In this document: in pieces, positions 1-10,322 of the stretch
How positions within the stretch are numbered: position 1 is the first letter of the stretch
Layout of the letters: every line of letters starts with the position of its first letter
Source: Fidelibacterota bacterium
GTDB taxonomy: Bacteria; Fidelibacterota; Marinisomatia; Marinisomatales; Marinisomataceae
DNA length: 46,487 nt
Direction of reading: 5' to 3'
Assembly (NCBI GenBank): GCA_018672235.1
Contig: JABHGE010000014.1
Location: forward strand, 1 to 46,487
Made by a program: the position numbers and the translations under genes
The notes under the pieces: model-generated
Seen by the model: only the letters and a program-made list of their open reading frames with translations
The model's database searches: none
Told to the model about the DNA's origin: nothing

Positions 1-1555
1 TGAATATAATTTTGAAGGAGATAAGATAGATTGGACAAGAACCTTAATTGGTTTTGCTCCATGGTTACTACTAATCGCATTTTGGATATTTATGATTAGG
101 AGAATGCAAGGTTCCAATAGTGGAATGAATAATGTATTTAGTTTTGGAAAAAGTAAAGCAAAAATGTTTTCCGCAAATCAAAAGAAGGTAAAGTTTGGCG
201 ATGTTGCTGGATGTATAGAAGCAAAAGAAGAGCTAGAAGAAGTTATTGCTTACTTAAAAAATCCAAAGAAGTTTGAAAAATTAGGTGGAAAAATTCCAAG
301 AGGAGTATTATTGGTGGGACCTCCTGGAACTGGAAAAACTTTATTAGCTAGAGCTGTAGCTGGCGAGTCTAATGTTCCATTTTTTAGTATTAGTGGTGCT
401 GACTTTGTTGAAATGTTTGTAGGGGTAGGAGCTTCAAGAGTACGTGATCTATTTGAGCAAGCAAACAAGACTGCTCCCGCTATTATATTTATAGATGAGT
501 TAGATGCAGTGGGTCGACAAAGGGGAGCTGGACTAGGCGGAGGTCACGATGAAAGAGAGCAAACCTTAAATCAATTATTGGTAGAGTTAGATGGTTTTGA
601 AAATAATAGTAGTGTCATTGTTATGGCTGCAACTAACAGACCAGATGTATTAGACTCTGCATTATTGAGACCAGGAAGATTTGATCGTCAAGTTGTAGTA
701 GATGTTCCTGACTTGCAAGGAAGGCATGATATTCTCAAAATACATACCAAAAAAATTAAGATGAATAAAAAATCTGTTAAGCTAAAAGATATTGCAAAAG
801 GTACACCAGGTATGGTTGGTGCTGATTTAGCAAATCTTGTTAATGAAGCAGCGCTTTTAGCATCTAGAAAAAGAAAAGCTAGCGTAGACAATAACGATTT
901 TGAGGAAGCAAAAGATAAAGTTATTATGGGAGTACAGAGAAAAAGTATGATCTTATCTGATGATGAGAAAAAAGTAACAGCATATCATGAAGCTGGACAT
1001 GCTGTTGTAGCTATTTTTGCTCCCGAAGCAGATCCTGTTCATAAAGTGACTATTATTCCAAGAGGAAGAGCCCTTGGTGTAACAATGCAATTACCTTTAG
1101 ATGAAAAGCATGGATATTCTAAAACATATATTTTGAGTAGATTAGCAGTAATGATGGGTGGAAGATCAGCTGAAGAGCTAATATTTAATGAAATTACTAC
1201 TGGCGCTTCAAATGATATTGAAAGAGCTACAAGCATTGCAAGAAAAATGGTTTGTGAGTGGGGTATGAGTGATGAGCTGGGACCTATGTCATTTGGTAAA
1301 AAAAATGAAGAGATATTCTTAGGAAGAGAAATCCAATCACACAGAGACTATAGCGAACAAACTGCTCAAAAAATAGATCATGAGGTAGTGAGTATTATTA
1401 AGAATGCACAGAAGGTTTCTCATAAAATTTTAAAAGATAATATAGACCTACTTAACTTGATGGCTCAGCAGTTACTAGAGCATGAAACAATTGATGAAAA
1501 TGACATTAAATTGTTAGTTGCTGGAAAAAAACTTTCAAAAAAAATCAATAAATAA
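1..1555 (+). CDS. ftsH: ATP-dependent zinc metalloprotease FtsH (5' end outside the window)
   Basis: Walker A GPPGTGKT, Walker B IIFIDE, SRH region and HEAGH zinc motif. The frame is open from position 2 and includes the second TM helix. Confidence 0.97.
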   Translation, partial: EYNFEGDKIDWTRTLIGFAPWLLLIAFWIFMIRRMQGSNSGMNNVFSFGKSKAKMFSANQKKVKFGDVAGCIEAKEELEEVIAYLKNPKKFEKLGGKIPRGVLLVGPPGTGKTLLARAVAGESNVPFFSISGADFVEMFVGVGASRVRDLFEQANKTAPAIIFIDELDAVGRQRGAGLGGGHDEREQTLNQLLVELDGFENNSSVIVMAATNRPDVLDSALLRPGRFDRQVVVDVPDLQGRHDILKIHTKKIKMNKKSVKLKDIAKGTPGMVGADLANLVNEAALLASRKRKASVDNNDFEEAKDKVIMGVQRKSMILSDDEKKVTAYHEAGHAVVAIFAPEADPVHKVTIIPRGRALGVTMQLPLDEKHGYSKTYILSRLAVMMGGRSAEELIFNEITTGASNDIERATSIARKMVCEWGMSDELGPMSFGKKNEEIFLGREIQSHRDYSEQTAQKIDHEVVSIIKNAQKVSHKILKDNIDLLNLMAQQLLEHETIDENDIKLLVAGKKLSKKINK

Positions 1556-1557
1556 TA

Positions 1558-2409
1558 GTGAATATTTCTGAATTAAATGATTGGTTGTTATCAGAACATC
1601 AACAACCACTTATTATAGGAATATTAAATGTTACTCCAGATTCTTTCACCGATGGTGGTAAATTTTTAGATCATAATACTGCGGTAAATCATGCTATGGA
1701 TATGATTGATAACGGTGCAGATATTATTGACATAGGCGGAGAGTCTACAAGACCTTTCTCTGAGCCTGTATCTGAAGAAGAGGAATTATCGCGTGTTATA
1801 TCTGTAATACAAAAAATAAGAGAAAAAACAGATGTAGTAATATCTATAGATACGACAAAATCTGTTGTTGCTGAAAAGGCATGTGATGCAGGAGCAAATA
1901 TTATTAATGATATTAGCGCGTTATCATTTGATGGCTATATGATTGATATTGTCAATAAATACGATTGCCCTATTATTTTGATGCATATGATTGGAAATCC
2001 TAAGACAATGCAGAAAAGTCCTTCATATAGCAATATCATACCTGAAATTACTGACCACTTACTAAGTAGAGCTAATTTTGCTTTAAGCAATGGTGTAAAA
2101 AAACATAATATTATCTTAGATCCAGGTATTGGATTTGGTAAAACAGTAGATGATAATTTTACTATCATAAACAATATGGATAAGTTTACTGAACTTGGTT
2201 ACCCAGTATTGATTGGAGCATCAAGAAAATCATTCATTGGTAAAACTTTGAATGTTGATGAAAATGATAGAATTGAGGGAACTATAGTATCTAATATTAT
2301 AGCTTTTGAAAGAGGATGTAAGATATTTAGAGTCCATGATATTAAGCAGGCAAAAAGAGCGCTAATTATTGCAAATAAAATTTTAAACTCAAACACTTTA
2401 AATACTTAA
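1558..2409 (+). CDS. folP: Dihydropteroate synthase
   Basis: GILNVTPDSF, DIGGESTRP, LDPGIGFGK, SRKSF and RVHD motifs. Canonical ftsH-folP order. Confidence 0.96.
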   Translation: MNISELNDWLLSEHQQPLIIGILNVTPDSFTDGGKFLDHNTAVNHAMDMIDNGADIIDIGGESTRPFSEPVSEEEELSRVISVIQKIREKTDVVISIDTTKSVVAEKACDAGANIINDISALSFDGYMIDIVNKYDCPIILMHMIGNPKTMQKSPSYSNIIPEITDHLLSRANFALSNGVKKHNIILDPGIGFGKTVDDNFTIINNMDKFTELGYPVLIGASRKSFIGKTLNVDENDRIEGTIVSNIIAFERGCKIFRVHDIKQAKRALIIANKILNSNTLNT

Positions 2410-2419
2410 ATTATACTAT

Positions 2420-3196
2420 ATGAATTTATTCGAAATCAGCTTTATAAAATTTACGCTTACCGATTTATTTGATCTGGTGCTTATTTCATTCATTTTCTCC
2501 TATGCATATTCTTATTTCAGGGGAACGAGAGGTGGGCAAATGTTAATTGGCCTATTAATTCTTTTTTTTGCAGGATTTATTGTAAATATTTTTGGTTTTA
2601 GAGCTACTTCATGGTTGTTGAATTTATTCCAAACAGTGTGGGTAGTTGTCTTTGTTATATTATTTCAACCAGAAATTAGAAGGCTTTTAACCGCTCTTGG
2701 TCAAAATAGAATTTTAAGAAAGCTATTTCAAATTGAAAAACTTTCTATCCAGCAAGAAATTATTGCATGTATCAGTGAAATTAAAAAGAATAAATGGGGT
2801 GCTATTATTATTTTTGAAAGAGAAAACTCTCTAAAAACTATTAGCGCTGATGGAGTAAGAATGGGTGCAGTATTTAGCCCTGAATTATTGGTATCAATTT
2901 TTAATCCTTCTTCACCTCTGCATGATGGAGCCGTTATTATTCATAGTAATATTATTGAAGCCGCTGCATGTATTTTACCCTTAACAGAAAGTAAGACCTT
3001 GAATCCAGAAATGGGTACGCGACATAGGGCTGCATTAGGTATTTCAGAGGAAAGCGATGCTCTTGCTTTAGTTCTATCAGAAGAAACGGGAAAAATATCT
3101 ATCGCAGAGAATGGATATTTTATAAGCTCTGCACTTACTTTAGATGAATTAAGCGCTATTTTAAAAGAAAAAATGAATGATATAGGGGATAAGTAG
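2420..3196 (+). CDS. cdaA: Membrane diadenylate cyclase (CdaA/DacA family)
   Basis: Three N-terminal TM helices, then LFQPEIRR, PLHDGA and GTRHRAA DAC motifs. Confidence 0.92.
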   Translation: MNLFEISFIKFTLTDLFDLVLISFIFSYAYSYFRGTRGGQMLIGLLILFFAGFIVNIFGFRATSWLLNLFQTVWVVVFVILFQPEIRRLLTALGQNRILRKLFQIEKLSIQQEIIACISEIKKNKWGAIIIFERENSLKTISADGVRMGAVFSPELLVSIFNPSSPLHDGAVIIHSNIIEAAACILPLTESKTLNPEMGTRHRAALGISEESDALALVLSEETGKISIAENGYFISSALTLDELSAILKEKMNDIGDK

Positions 3197-3197
3197 T

Positions 3198-4658
3198 ATG
3201 TTAAAAGAAAAAATTATGGATTTAATGCATAGGTCAGATTTTATGACACTTTCTACTAGTGTATCAGGAAATTCATCAGCTGCAAATGTCTATTTCGCAA
3301 ATAATGGTTTAGATATGTATTTTTTTACATTCAATCCGACTAGAAAAGCTGTTCAAATTAATTTTAATCCAAAAGTTCAATGCGTAGTTAGGCCTGATGG
3401 AGAAGATGGAATTAAAGAGCTTCAAATTGATGGATATGCTACAAAAATAATAGACCAATCAGAAAAAGAAAAAGCTAGAGAAGCAGTATTGAAGGTTACA
3501 GAAGCTTTTTCTGAATATATGCATGACGATTTTTTAATCGCTAATGATGTAGTAGGGTATTATAAAATAAAACCAACTGTAATTAAGTATGTTGATTTCT
3601 TTGCTGATACTCAGTTTGAATGGATGGAAATTCCAGAAAATAAGCCAAGCATACCATCAGAATTGCTTGGAGGTTTACGTAGAAGTATTCAACGCTGGAT
3701 GACTATTGTAAGAGCACCATTTTTAACTGCAACTATTGCCCCAATTTTATTAGGATCAGCTATTGCCTATAAACAATTCGGTACATTTGATTGGTCAATT
3801 TTTTGGCTTGTATTATTAGGAGCAATATTTGCTCAATGCGGTACAAATACTATCAATGATTACTTTGATCACAAGTCTAGAACAGACGAACTTAATAAAT
3901 TAGCTAGTCCTTTTAATGGCGGATCAAGAGCAATTCAATCTGGATTGATGACGCCAGCAAATATGCTATTAGTATCTGTATTATTTTTTGGTTCTACGAT
4001 TGGAATTGGTTTAGAACTCAATAATCTTCTTTTCGGAGACTATTTTGCTATCTCTGTATTAATGTACTTGGGATTAATAGGGGTATTTCTGGGTGTTATG
4101 TATACAGGTTTTTTAAAACTTGCTTATAATGGGCTTGGGGATTTAGCAGTGTTTATAGGGTTTGGACCTTTAATGGTTTATGGTGCAGCATATATGCAAA
4201 ATCAATCTGTAGATCCTTTAACAACTTTACTGTTCTCAATTCCCGTTGGAATCTTTATTGCCTTAGTTTTATTTATTAACTGCTTTCAGGACTATAATGC
4301 TGATAAAGCAGCTAATAAGAATAGCTGGGTTGTTAGATTGGCGGGTCCTGGAGATAAAGCAAACTATAGAGCTCCATTTAAAGTATGGAAAAATTTAATG
4401 ATGTTGTCATTTATGATAATTCTTGGAGCATCTTTATATGCAGGTAATTTATTTACCTTGATAGCCTTATTTCCCTTGTTCATATTTAATTTTGCTTCAA
4501 AAAAAGGAAACAGCTGGTTAGATCAATGGGAGAAAGAAGATGCAAATCTTCAACAGCTTCCATATGAGTTGCTAATTGTTAATGTTTCTACAATCGGTAT
4601 TCACTTCTTAACTGGAATATTACTCACATTAGGAATCTTGATTAGTACATGGATTTAA
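3198..4658 (+). CDS. Fusion of a pyridoxamine-5'-phosphate-oxidase-like split-barrel domain and a MenA/UbiA-family prenyltransferase
   Basis: First ~145 aa soluble with TRKAVQINFNPKV and ELQIDGYA. C-terminal part has RAPFLTAT, NDYFDxxxxxD and NxxxDxxxD motifs and many TM helices. Confidence 0.8.
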   Translation: MLKEKIMDLMHRSDFMTLSTSVSGNSSAANVYFANNGLDMYFFTFNPTRKAVQINFNPKVQCVVRPDGEDGIKELQIDGYATKIIDQSEKEKAREAVLKVTEAFSEYMHDDFLIANDVVGYYKIKPTVIKYVDFFADTQFEWMEIPENKPSIPSELLGGLRRSIQRWMTIVRAPFLTATIAPILLGSAIAYKQFGTFDWSIFWLVLLGAIFAQCGTNTINDYFDHKSRTDELNKLASPFNGGSRAIQSGLMTPANMLLVSVLFFGSTIGIGLELNNLLFGDYFAISVLMYLGLIGVFLGVMYTGFLKLAYNGLGDLAVFIGFGPLMVYGAAYMQNQSVDPLTTLLFSIPVGIFIALVLFINCFQDYNADKAANKNSWVVRLAGPGDKANYRAPFKVWKNLMMLSFMIILGASLYAGNLFTLIALFPLFIFNFASKKGNSWLDQWEKEDANLQQLPYELLIVNVSTIGIHFLTGILLTLGILISTWI

Positions 4659-5744
4659 AAGATAAATATAATTCTCTTTTAGAAAAATTTGATCAAATCA
4701 GGAGGCATCTTTGACCTTGAAGCCAAAGATGCTCACTTAAGTAATTTAAAAGATCAAATTTCAGACCCATCTTTATGGGATAATAATCAAAAAACAACAT
4801 CTCTCATGAAAGAAATTTCTATGTGTGAAAAAGATATTAATCTGAGAAAAAGCTTGTCTGAAAAGGCTAGTGATATCAAAGTGATGTTTGAATTTTTAAA
4901 TGATGAGCAGATAGATGAGAAAGAATTTTCAGAAGAATTAGAGTATTTTGCCACATTAATTAAAGAATTTGAATTAAAATTAATTCTTAATTCTAGGAAT
5001 GATTCTAAAGATGCTATTATTTCAATCCATCCAGGTGCAGGAGGAACAGAGAGTCAGGATTGGGCCCAAATGTTATATAGGATGTATTCTATGTGGGCAG
5101 AATCCAAAGGCTTTAAGTTTAATATTATTGATTTTCAAGCAGGAGATGAAGCAGGTATCAAGGATTGTACAATTGAAATTATAGGAGACTATTCATATGG
5201 GTTACTCCAATCAGAAATTGGAGTACATAGATTAGTAAGAATATCGCCTTTTGATTCTAATAGTCGTAGACATACATCTTTTGCTTCAGTCTCTGTTTAT
5301 CCATCGATAGATGAAAGTGTTGAAATAGAAATTAATCCCAAAGAATTGAGGATAGATACATTTCGCTCTAGTGGAGCAGGGGGGCAACATGTAAATAAAA
5401 CAGATTCTGCTATTAGGATTACTCACATACCTACTGGAACAGTTACACAGTGCCAAACTCAAAGATCTCAACACAAAAATAAAGAACAGGCCTTAAAGGT
5501 CTTAAAATCAAAGCTATATCAACTAGAAATTGAGAAGCAAGCAGAGTCTAAAAAAATACTTGAAGGGGAAAAGAAAGATATTGCCTGGGGTAATCAAATA
5601 AGATCCTATGTTTTTCATCCATATAACATGATTAAAGATCATAGGACAAAATTTGAAGTAGGGAATGTAAAAGCTGTTATGGATGGAAATATAGATGACT
5701 TTATGTATAGTTATTTATTAGATAAAATGGAAAAAAATAAATAA
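4649..5744 (+). CDS. prfB: Peptide chain release factor 2, translated through a programmed +1 frameshift
   Basis: ATG at 4649 gives MDLKDKYNSLLEKFDQIRRHL then TGA. The +1 frame continues DLEAKD with SPF and GGQ motifs. The ORF-track start at 4689 is an artefact. Confidence 0.95.
4700..4715 (+). promoter_or_regulatory. prfB autoregulatory frameshift site
   Basis: AGGAGG-CAT-CTT-TGA-C: internal SD followed by the slippery CTT TGA C. Confidence 0.95.
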
Positions 5745-5756
5745 GTTTCTTTCGAT

Positions 5757-7232
5757 ATGGAAAATAAAAGTTTAAAACAGATTATTGCAAATCGTCTAGA
5801 AAAATTAGATAAAATTCGTCAATTAGGTGTTAACCCTTATCCATATGAATTTAATGTTACATGCTCAACTTCAGATATTAACAAAGATAGTGTTGATAAG
5901 AAGGTCTCTGTAGCTGGAAGAGTAATGTCTCTTAGAAAGATGGGAAAAGCTGCCTTTGCTAATATTCAAGATGCTAACGGTAGAGTTCAATTATATATTG
6001 CAAGAGATGATGTTGGTGAAGAGAATTATAATTTATTCAAATTAGTTGATATTGGAGATTTTATTGGAATTGATGGTATAGTTTTTATTACTAAAACAGA
6101 TGCACTTACCGTTAAGGCTGAAAAAGTTACTGTACTTAGTAAAAATCTAAGACCTATTCCTGATGTCAAAGAAAAGGATGGTGAAAAATATAATTCAGTT
6201 TCAGATAAAGAGTTGAGATATAGGAAGCGCTATATTGATATGATTATTAATCCAGAAACAAAAGATAACTATATCAAAAGATTCAAAATTATTAATTCTA
6301 TAAGAGAATTTTTAAATAAGAATGGTTATATAGAGGTCGAAACACCAGTTTTACAGCCAGTTTATGGTGGAGCTAATGCTAAACCTTTCAAAACATTCCA
6401 TAATGCATTAGATCAAGAATTTTTTCTAAGAATTGCAACGGAGTTATATTTAAAGCAATTAATTGTAGGTGGATTTGAAAAAGTTTATGAAATGTCTAAA
6501 GATTTTAGAAATGAAGGTATCGACCGAAGTCATAATCCAGAATTTACTATGCTTGAATTCTATCAAGCTTATTCAGATTATAATTTTATGATGGATTTTG
6601 TTGAAAAAATGTTCAAGAAAGTAGCAAAAGACCTAGGACTTAAAAAAATATCATGGGATGGAAATGATATTGATTTATCTAAGAAATTTGCAAGAAAAAC
6701 AATGGATGAATTAATTAAGGAACATACTGGGCATTCAATAGATTTAACAGATAGTAAGGCAGTATTTGATGTCTGTAAAAAATTAGATCTAAAAATGAAA
6801 AAAACTGACAGTCTAGCTAAGATGATTGATGAAATAATGAGAAGGAAAGTTGAACCAAATTTAATTAACCCTACTTATGTAATGAATCATCCTGTAGAAA
6901 TTTCACCGCTAGCAAAGGTCAATAGAGATGGAGATAAGAATTTTACCGAAAGATTTGAATTATTTATTGCCGGTATGGAATTTGCAAATGGATTTTCTGA
7001 ATTAAATGATCCGATAGATCAAAGAAAAAGATTTGAAGACCAGTCAGCTAAAAAAGATGGTGGAGATGAAGAAGCCTTTCCTGTAGATGAAAATTTTCTA
7101 GAAGCTATAGAAATTGGAATGCCTCCAACAGCGGGTGTTGGCATTGGAATTGATCGATTAGTCATGCTGTTTATTGATACTAGGTGGATTAGAGATGCAA
7201 TTATCTTCCCCACACTTAAATCTCTAAAATGA
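5757..7232 (+). CDS. lysS: Lysine--tRNA ligase (class II)
   Basis: OB-fold, EVETPVL, FRNEGIDRSHNPEF and GIGIDRL motifs. Follows prfB. Confidence 0.97.
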   Translation: MENKSLKQIIANRLEKLDKIRQLGVNPYPYEFNVTCSTSDINKDSVDKKVSVAGRVMSLRKMGKAAFANIQDANGRVQLYIARDDVGEENYNLFKLVDIGDFIGIDGIVFITKTDALTVKAEKVTVLSKNLRPIPDVKEKDGEKYNSVSDKELRYRKRYIDMIINPETKDNYIKRFKIINSIREFLNKNGYIEVETPVLQPVYGGANAKPFKTFHNALDQEFFLRIATELYLKQLIVGGFEKVYEMSKDFRNEGIDRSHNPEFTMLEFYQAYSDYNFMMDFVEKMFKKVAKDLGLKKISWDGNDIDLSKKFARKTMDELIKEHTGHSIDLTDSKAVFDVCKKLDLKMKKTDSLAKMIDEIMRRKVEPNLINPTYVMNHPVEISPLAKVNRDGDKNFTERFELFIAGMEFANGFSELNDPIDQRKRFEDQSAKKDGGDEEAFPVDENFLEAIEIGMPPTAGVGIGIDRLVMLFIDTRWIRDAIIFPTLKSLK

Positions 7233-8401
7233 AATTAGTTTTTCTTGTTTTAAGAAGACTATTTTTTTCATCACAAAGTAATTTTCTCTTCAAAATTACC
7301 AACATTGTTTCAATTGTAAGCTTAGCTCTCGGTATAGCCTCTTTAAATATTGTCTTAGGCGCAGTTGATGGATTTGAGAGCAAGGTATCTGAGAAATTGT
7401 CTTCTATCAATGGATATACAACTATTAATCACTTATTTGAAGATGACTTTTTAGTTGACGAATCAGGATTACCTAACTTTTATAACAATCATAAGTCTAA
7501 CCTAGTTCCTTATATCGAAAAACCAGCAATTCTTAAATCAAAATATAGTAGTAGTAATGTGCTAATACATGGTCTAGATAATAACAATTTTAAAGATTTT
7601 GATTTATTTAGTAGTCTTAATGCTGACCTAGAAACTATTAGTGATAATGATATTATTATTGGAAGTGCTCTTGCAAAAAATCTCAATTTATCGATAGGAG
7701 ATGAGATTGTTATTTTTAATCCATTTATTTCAAAAAGAACATTAGAAAGAAATAAACTTTTATTTCTAGAAATAAAGGAAATATATCATTCTGGTATAGA
7801 CGACTATGATTCAAGGTTAGTATTTATTCCTATGGATACAGTCCAATCTTACTTTGGTTTAAATAATAGTATCAGTGGTTGGATGAGTTTTGATCCTTTC
7901 TTAGATATAAAAGATGTTGATTATCCATTTTATCAATTAAGTGTACAGGATAGACATAGCGATTTATTTGAATGGATTAATACGCAGCAATGGCCAATTA
8001 TCTTTATTTTTAGTCTAATTGCATTAGTGTCATATTTTAATTTGATGGGATCAATAAACATTCTTTTTTATGAGAAGAGATTTAATTTGGCAATTATGAA
8101 GACCTATGGTATGTCAAATAAAAAATTGTCAGTAATATTTATTATCCAGGGAGTTGTTTTAGCGTTGATTGGAGCAATGCTCGGGATTTTATTGTCTCTA
8201 TTCGTTATTTTTATACAAGAGAAATTTCATTTTATATCTTTGGCTGAAAATATTTATTTCGTTAGTTATTTACCGATAGTATTTAGCGCTAATAACGCTG
8301 CTTATACATTATTGTTTAGTCTTATATGTAGTATATTATTTTCAGGTATTTCCTTGGTGTATCTTTTATCTATTAATCCATCTAAAATTTTAAAAAACTA
8401 A
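7229..8401 (+). CDS. LolC/E (FtsX/MacB-type) ABC permease
   Basis: One TM helix, a periplasmic domain, three TM helices and the IYFVSYLP motif. Next to a LolD-type ATPase. Confidence 0.85.
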   Translation: MKLVFLVLRRLFFSSQSNFLFKITNIVSIVSLALGIASLNIVLGAVDGFESKVSEKLSSINGYTTINHLFEDDFLVDESGLPNFYNNHKSNLVPYIEKPAILKSKYSSSNVLIHGLDNNNFKDFDLFSSLNADLETISDNDIIIGSALAKNLNLSIGDEIVIFNPFISKRTLERNKLLFLEIKEIYHSGIDDYDSRLVFIPMDTVQSYFGLNNSISGWMSFDPFLDIKDVDYPFYQLSVQDRHSDLFEWINTQQWPIIFIFSLIALVSYFNLMGSINILFYEKRFNLAIMKTYGMSNKKLSVIFIIQGVVLALIGAMLGILLSLFVIFIQEKFHFISLAENIYFVSYLPIVFSANNAAYTLLFSLICSILFSGISLVYLLSINPSKILKN

Positions 8402-9549
8402 TGAATATAATTTTTCTAATAGCAAAACGTTTTTTAATCCCAAGAAATATGTTAGAGGGAGGTATTATCAATATCATATCTTTCTTAGGTCTATTCATTG
8501 GTTCTATGTCAATCATCTTGTCGGTAGCAGTTCTTAATGGATTTCAAGGTATTCTGGAAGATGAAACAAGAAAGATATACGGAGATTATGCTATAATTAA
8601 TTTTGATTATAATGAAGACAAAGAGCTAGTAGAAAAATTTGAAAAAAATAGTATTAAATATGCACCATATTATGAAGAAGAGTTTTTTATATCAAAAAAT
8701 AAAAAACAATCATTAGTAAATCTAAAAACTGTCGACAATCTAAGATTTTATAATTTTTATGATTTAGAATTAATTGAAGACAATAAAAATCTAAATCATG
8801 GAGAAGCTATTATTGGAAAATCTTTAGCCAATAAAATGGATCTTAGTATTGGTGATTCAATATCAATCTATAGTACGAATCTCAATATGAGCTATTTAGC
8901 GATGCCTTCTACTAAGAAATTAATTATAAAAAACATCTTTCAGAATCGAATATTAAGATCTGATGAGTTTTTAGTTTTTACAGTATCTAGAGAATATAGT
9001 CTTTCTAGTAATAAGTTTACTCATATCGAAATGATTGGGACTATAGATGATATGATCCTAAAGGAAAATAAAAATATTATTTCATGGAAAGAAAGAAACA
9101 GGCAGCTATTCGATGCTACTGAGATTGAAAAGAAAATTACCTTTTTTACATTATTTCTTATCATCGTTGTAGCTTCATTCAATCTATCTTCTTCTGTCAT
9201 GCAAATTGCGACTAAGAAAACGAGAGAAATGGCAATTTTAAGTACTTTTGGAATGAGTAAAAATAGTATCTCTAGTATATTTTTAGTCTATGGTTATTTA
9301 CTAGCAACTTCTGCTATAGTTTCTGGTATTTTATTTGCGCTATTAATTATATATATACAGAACACATTGGGAATCTTTGTACTAAATCCTGAATTCTATT
9401 TGGTCAGTATATTGCCTATGGAAATTAGTGTTAAAGATATTTCTTTATTGTTATTTTACTCTATGATAATTATTGGATTATTTGCAACATTACCTTTAAT
9501 GCTTATTAAAAAAATACGTCCTATTGAATTAATAAATAAAAACATATGA
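8401..9549 (+). CDS. LolC/E (FtsX/MacB-type) ABC permease
   Basis: Same topology as the preceding gene, with SVAVLNGF and KTREMAIL motifs. Confidence 0.85.
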   Translation: MNIIFLIAKRFLIPRNMLEGGIINIISFLGLFIGSMSIILSVAVLNGFQGILEDETRKIYGDYAIINFDYNEDKELVEKFEKNSIKYAPYYEEEFFISKNKKQSLVNLKTVDNLRFYNFYDLELIEDNKNLNHGEAIIGKSLANKMDLSIGDSISIYSTNLNMSYLAMPSTKKLIIKNIFQNRILRSDEFLVFTVSREYSLSSNKFTHIEMIGTIDDMILKENKNIISWKERNRQLFDATEIEKKITFFTLFLIIVVASFNLSSSVMQIATKKTREMAILSTFGMSKNSISSIFLVYGYLLATSAIVSGILFALLIIYIQNTLGIFVLNPEFYLVSILPMEISVKDISLLLFYSMIIIGLFATLPLMLIKKIRPIELINKNI

Positions 9550-10205
9550 TACTATCAGTTAAAAATCTTAAAAAAACCTTCAAAGATGGAGATAAAATTC
9601 TTGAAGTCTTAAAAGGTATTAGCTTCAATCTTCATAAAGGGGATATCTTAACTATTAAAGGTCCTTCCGGATCTGGAAAATCTACCTTACTAAGCTTGCT
9701 AGGAACCCTAGATCAGCCAGATAGCGGAGAGATAATAATTAACCAAAAGAATCTTAAAGATGTTAAAGATTATGATTTAATTAGAAATACTCATATTGGA
9801 TTTATATTTCAATTTCATAATCTAATAGCAGAACTAAATGTTGTTGAAAATGTCACTATTCCAACACTAATAGCAGGCAAAAAAATTGATACTGATTATG
9901 TAGGCGAACTATTTGAATATTTTGATTTATCTAATCGTAAAAAATCATTTCCACTAGATCTTTCTGGCGGAGAAAAGCAAAGAGTTTCTGCGATGAGAGC
10001 TATTATAAATAAGCCTTCAATAGTTATAGCAGATGAGCCGACAGGCAATCTAGATGAGCATAATGCAATTAAGATGATTGATTTATTTCAAAAATTAAAT
10101 CAGGACTTCAATTTGACTTTTGTAATTGCTACTCATGACGAAAAGGTATTTAGTATAGGTAGTAAAAAAACAAACCTATACGATGGAAATCTCTTAGAAT
10201 TATAA
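9546..10205 (+). CDS. lolD: Lipoprotein-releasing ABC ATPase
   Basis: GPSGSGKS, IGFIFQFHNL, LSGGEKQR and ADEPTGNLD motifs. Confidence 0.88.
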   Translation: MILSVKNLKKTFKDGDKILEVLKGISFNLHKGDILTIKGPSGSGKSTLLSLLGTLDQPDSGEIIINQKNLKDVKDYDLIRNTHIGFIFQFHNLIAELNVVENVTIPTLIAGKKIDTDYVGELFEYFDLSNRKKSFPLDLSGGEKQRVSAMRAIINKPSIVIADEPTGNLDEHNAIKMIDLFQKLNQDFNLTFVIATHDEKVFSIGSKKTNLYDGNLLEL

Positions 10206-10221
10206 GATTAATTCCTATATC

Positions 10222-10283
10222 TGCCATATAGTCATATAATTTGTCAAATATGACATATATATGATCTTGGCACAATCTTTGCA
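10222..10283 (+). promoter_or_regulatory. Sigma54-type promoter for dnaK with upstream inverted-repeat sites
   Basis: TGGCAC-AATCT-TTGCA at 10268-10283 (GG-N10-GC). Palindrome TGTCA-N4-TGACA at 10242-10255 and a related TGCCA...GTCA at 10222-10234. Confidence 0.75.
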
Positions 10284-10322
10284 ACTATAAAAGCAAGAAA
10301 ACTAAAATATTAGGAGATTTTT

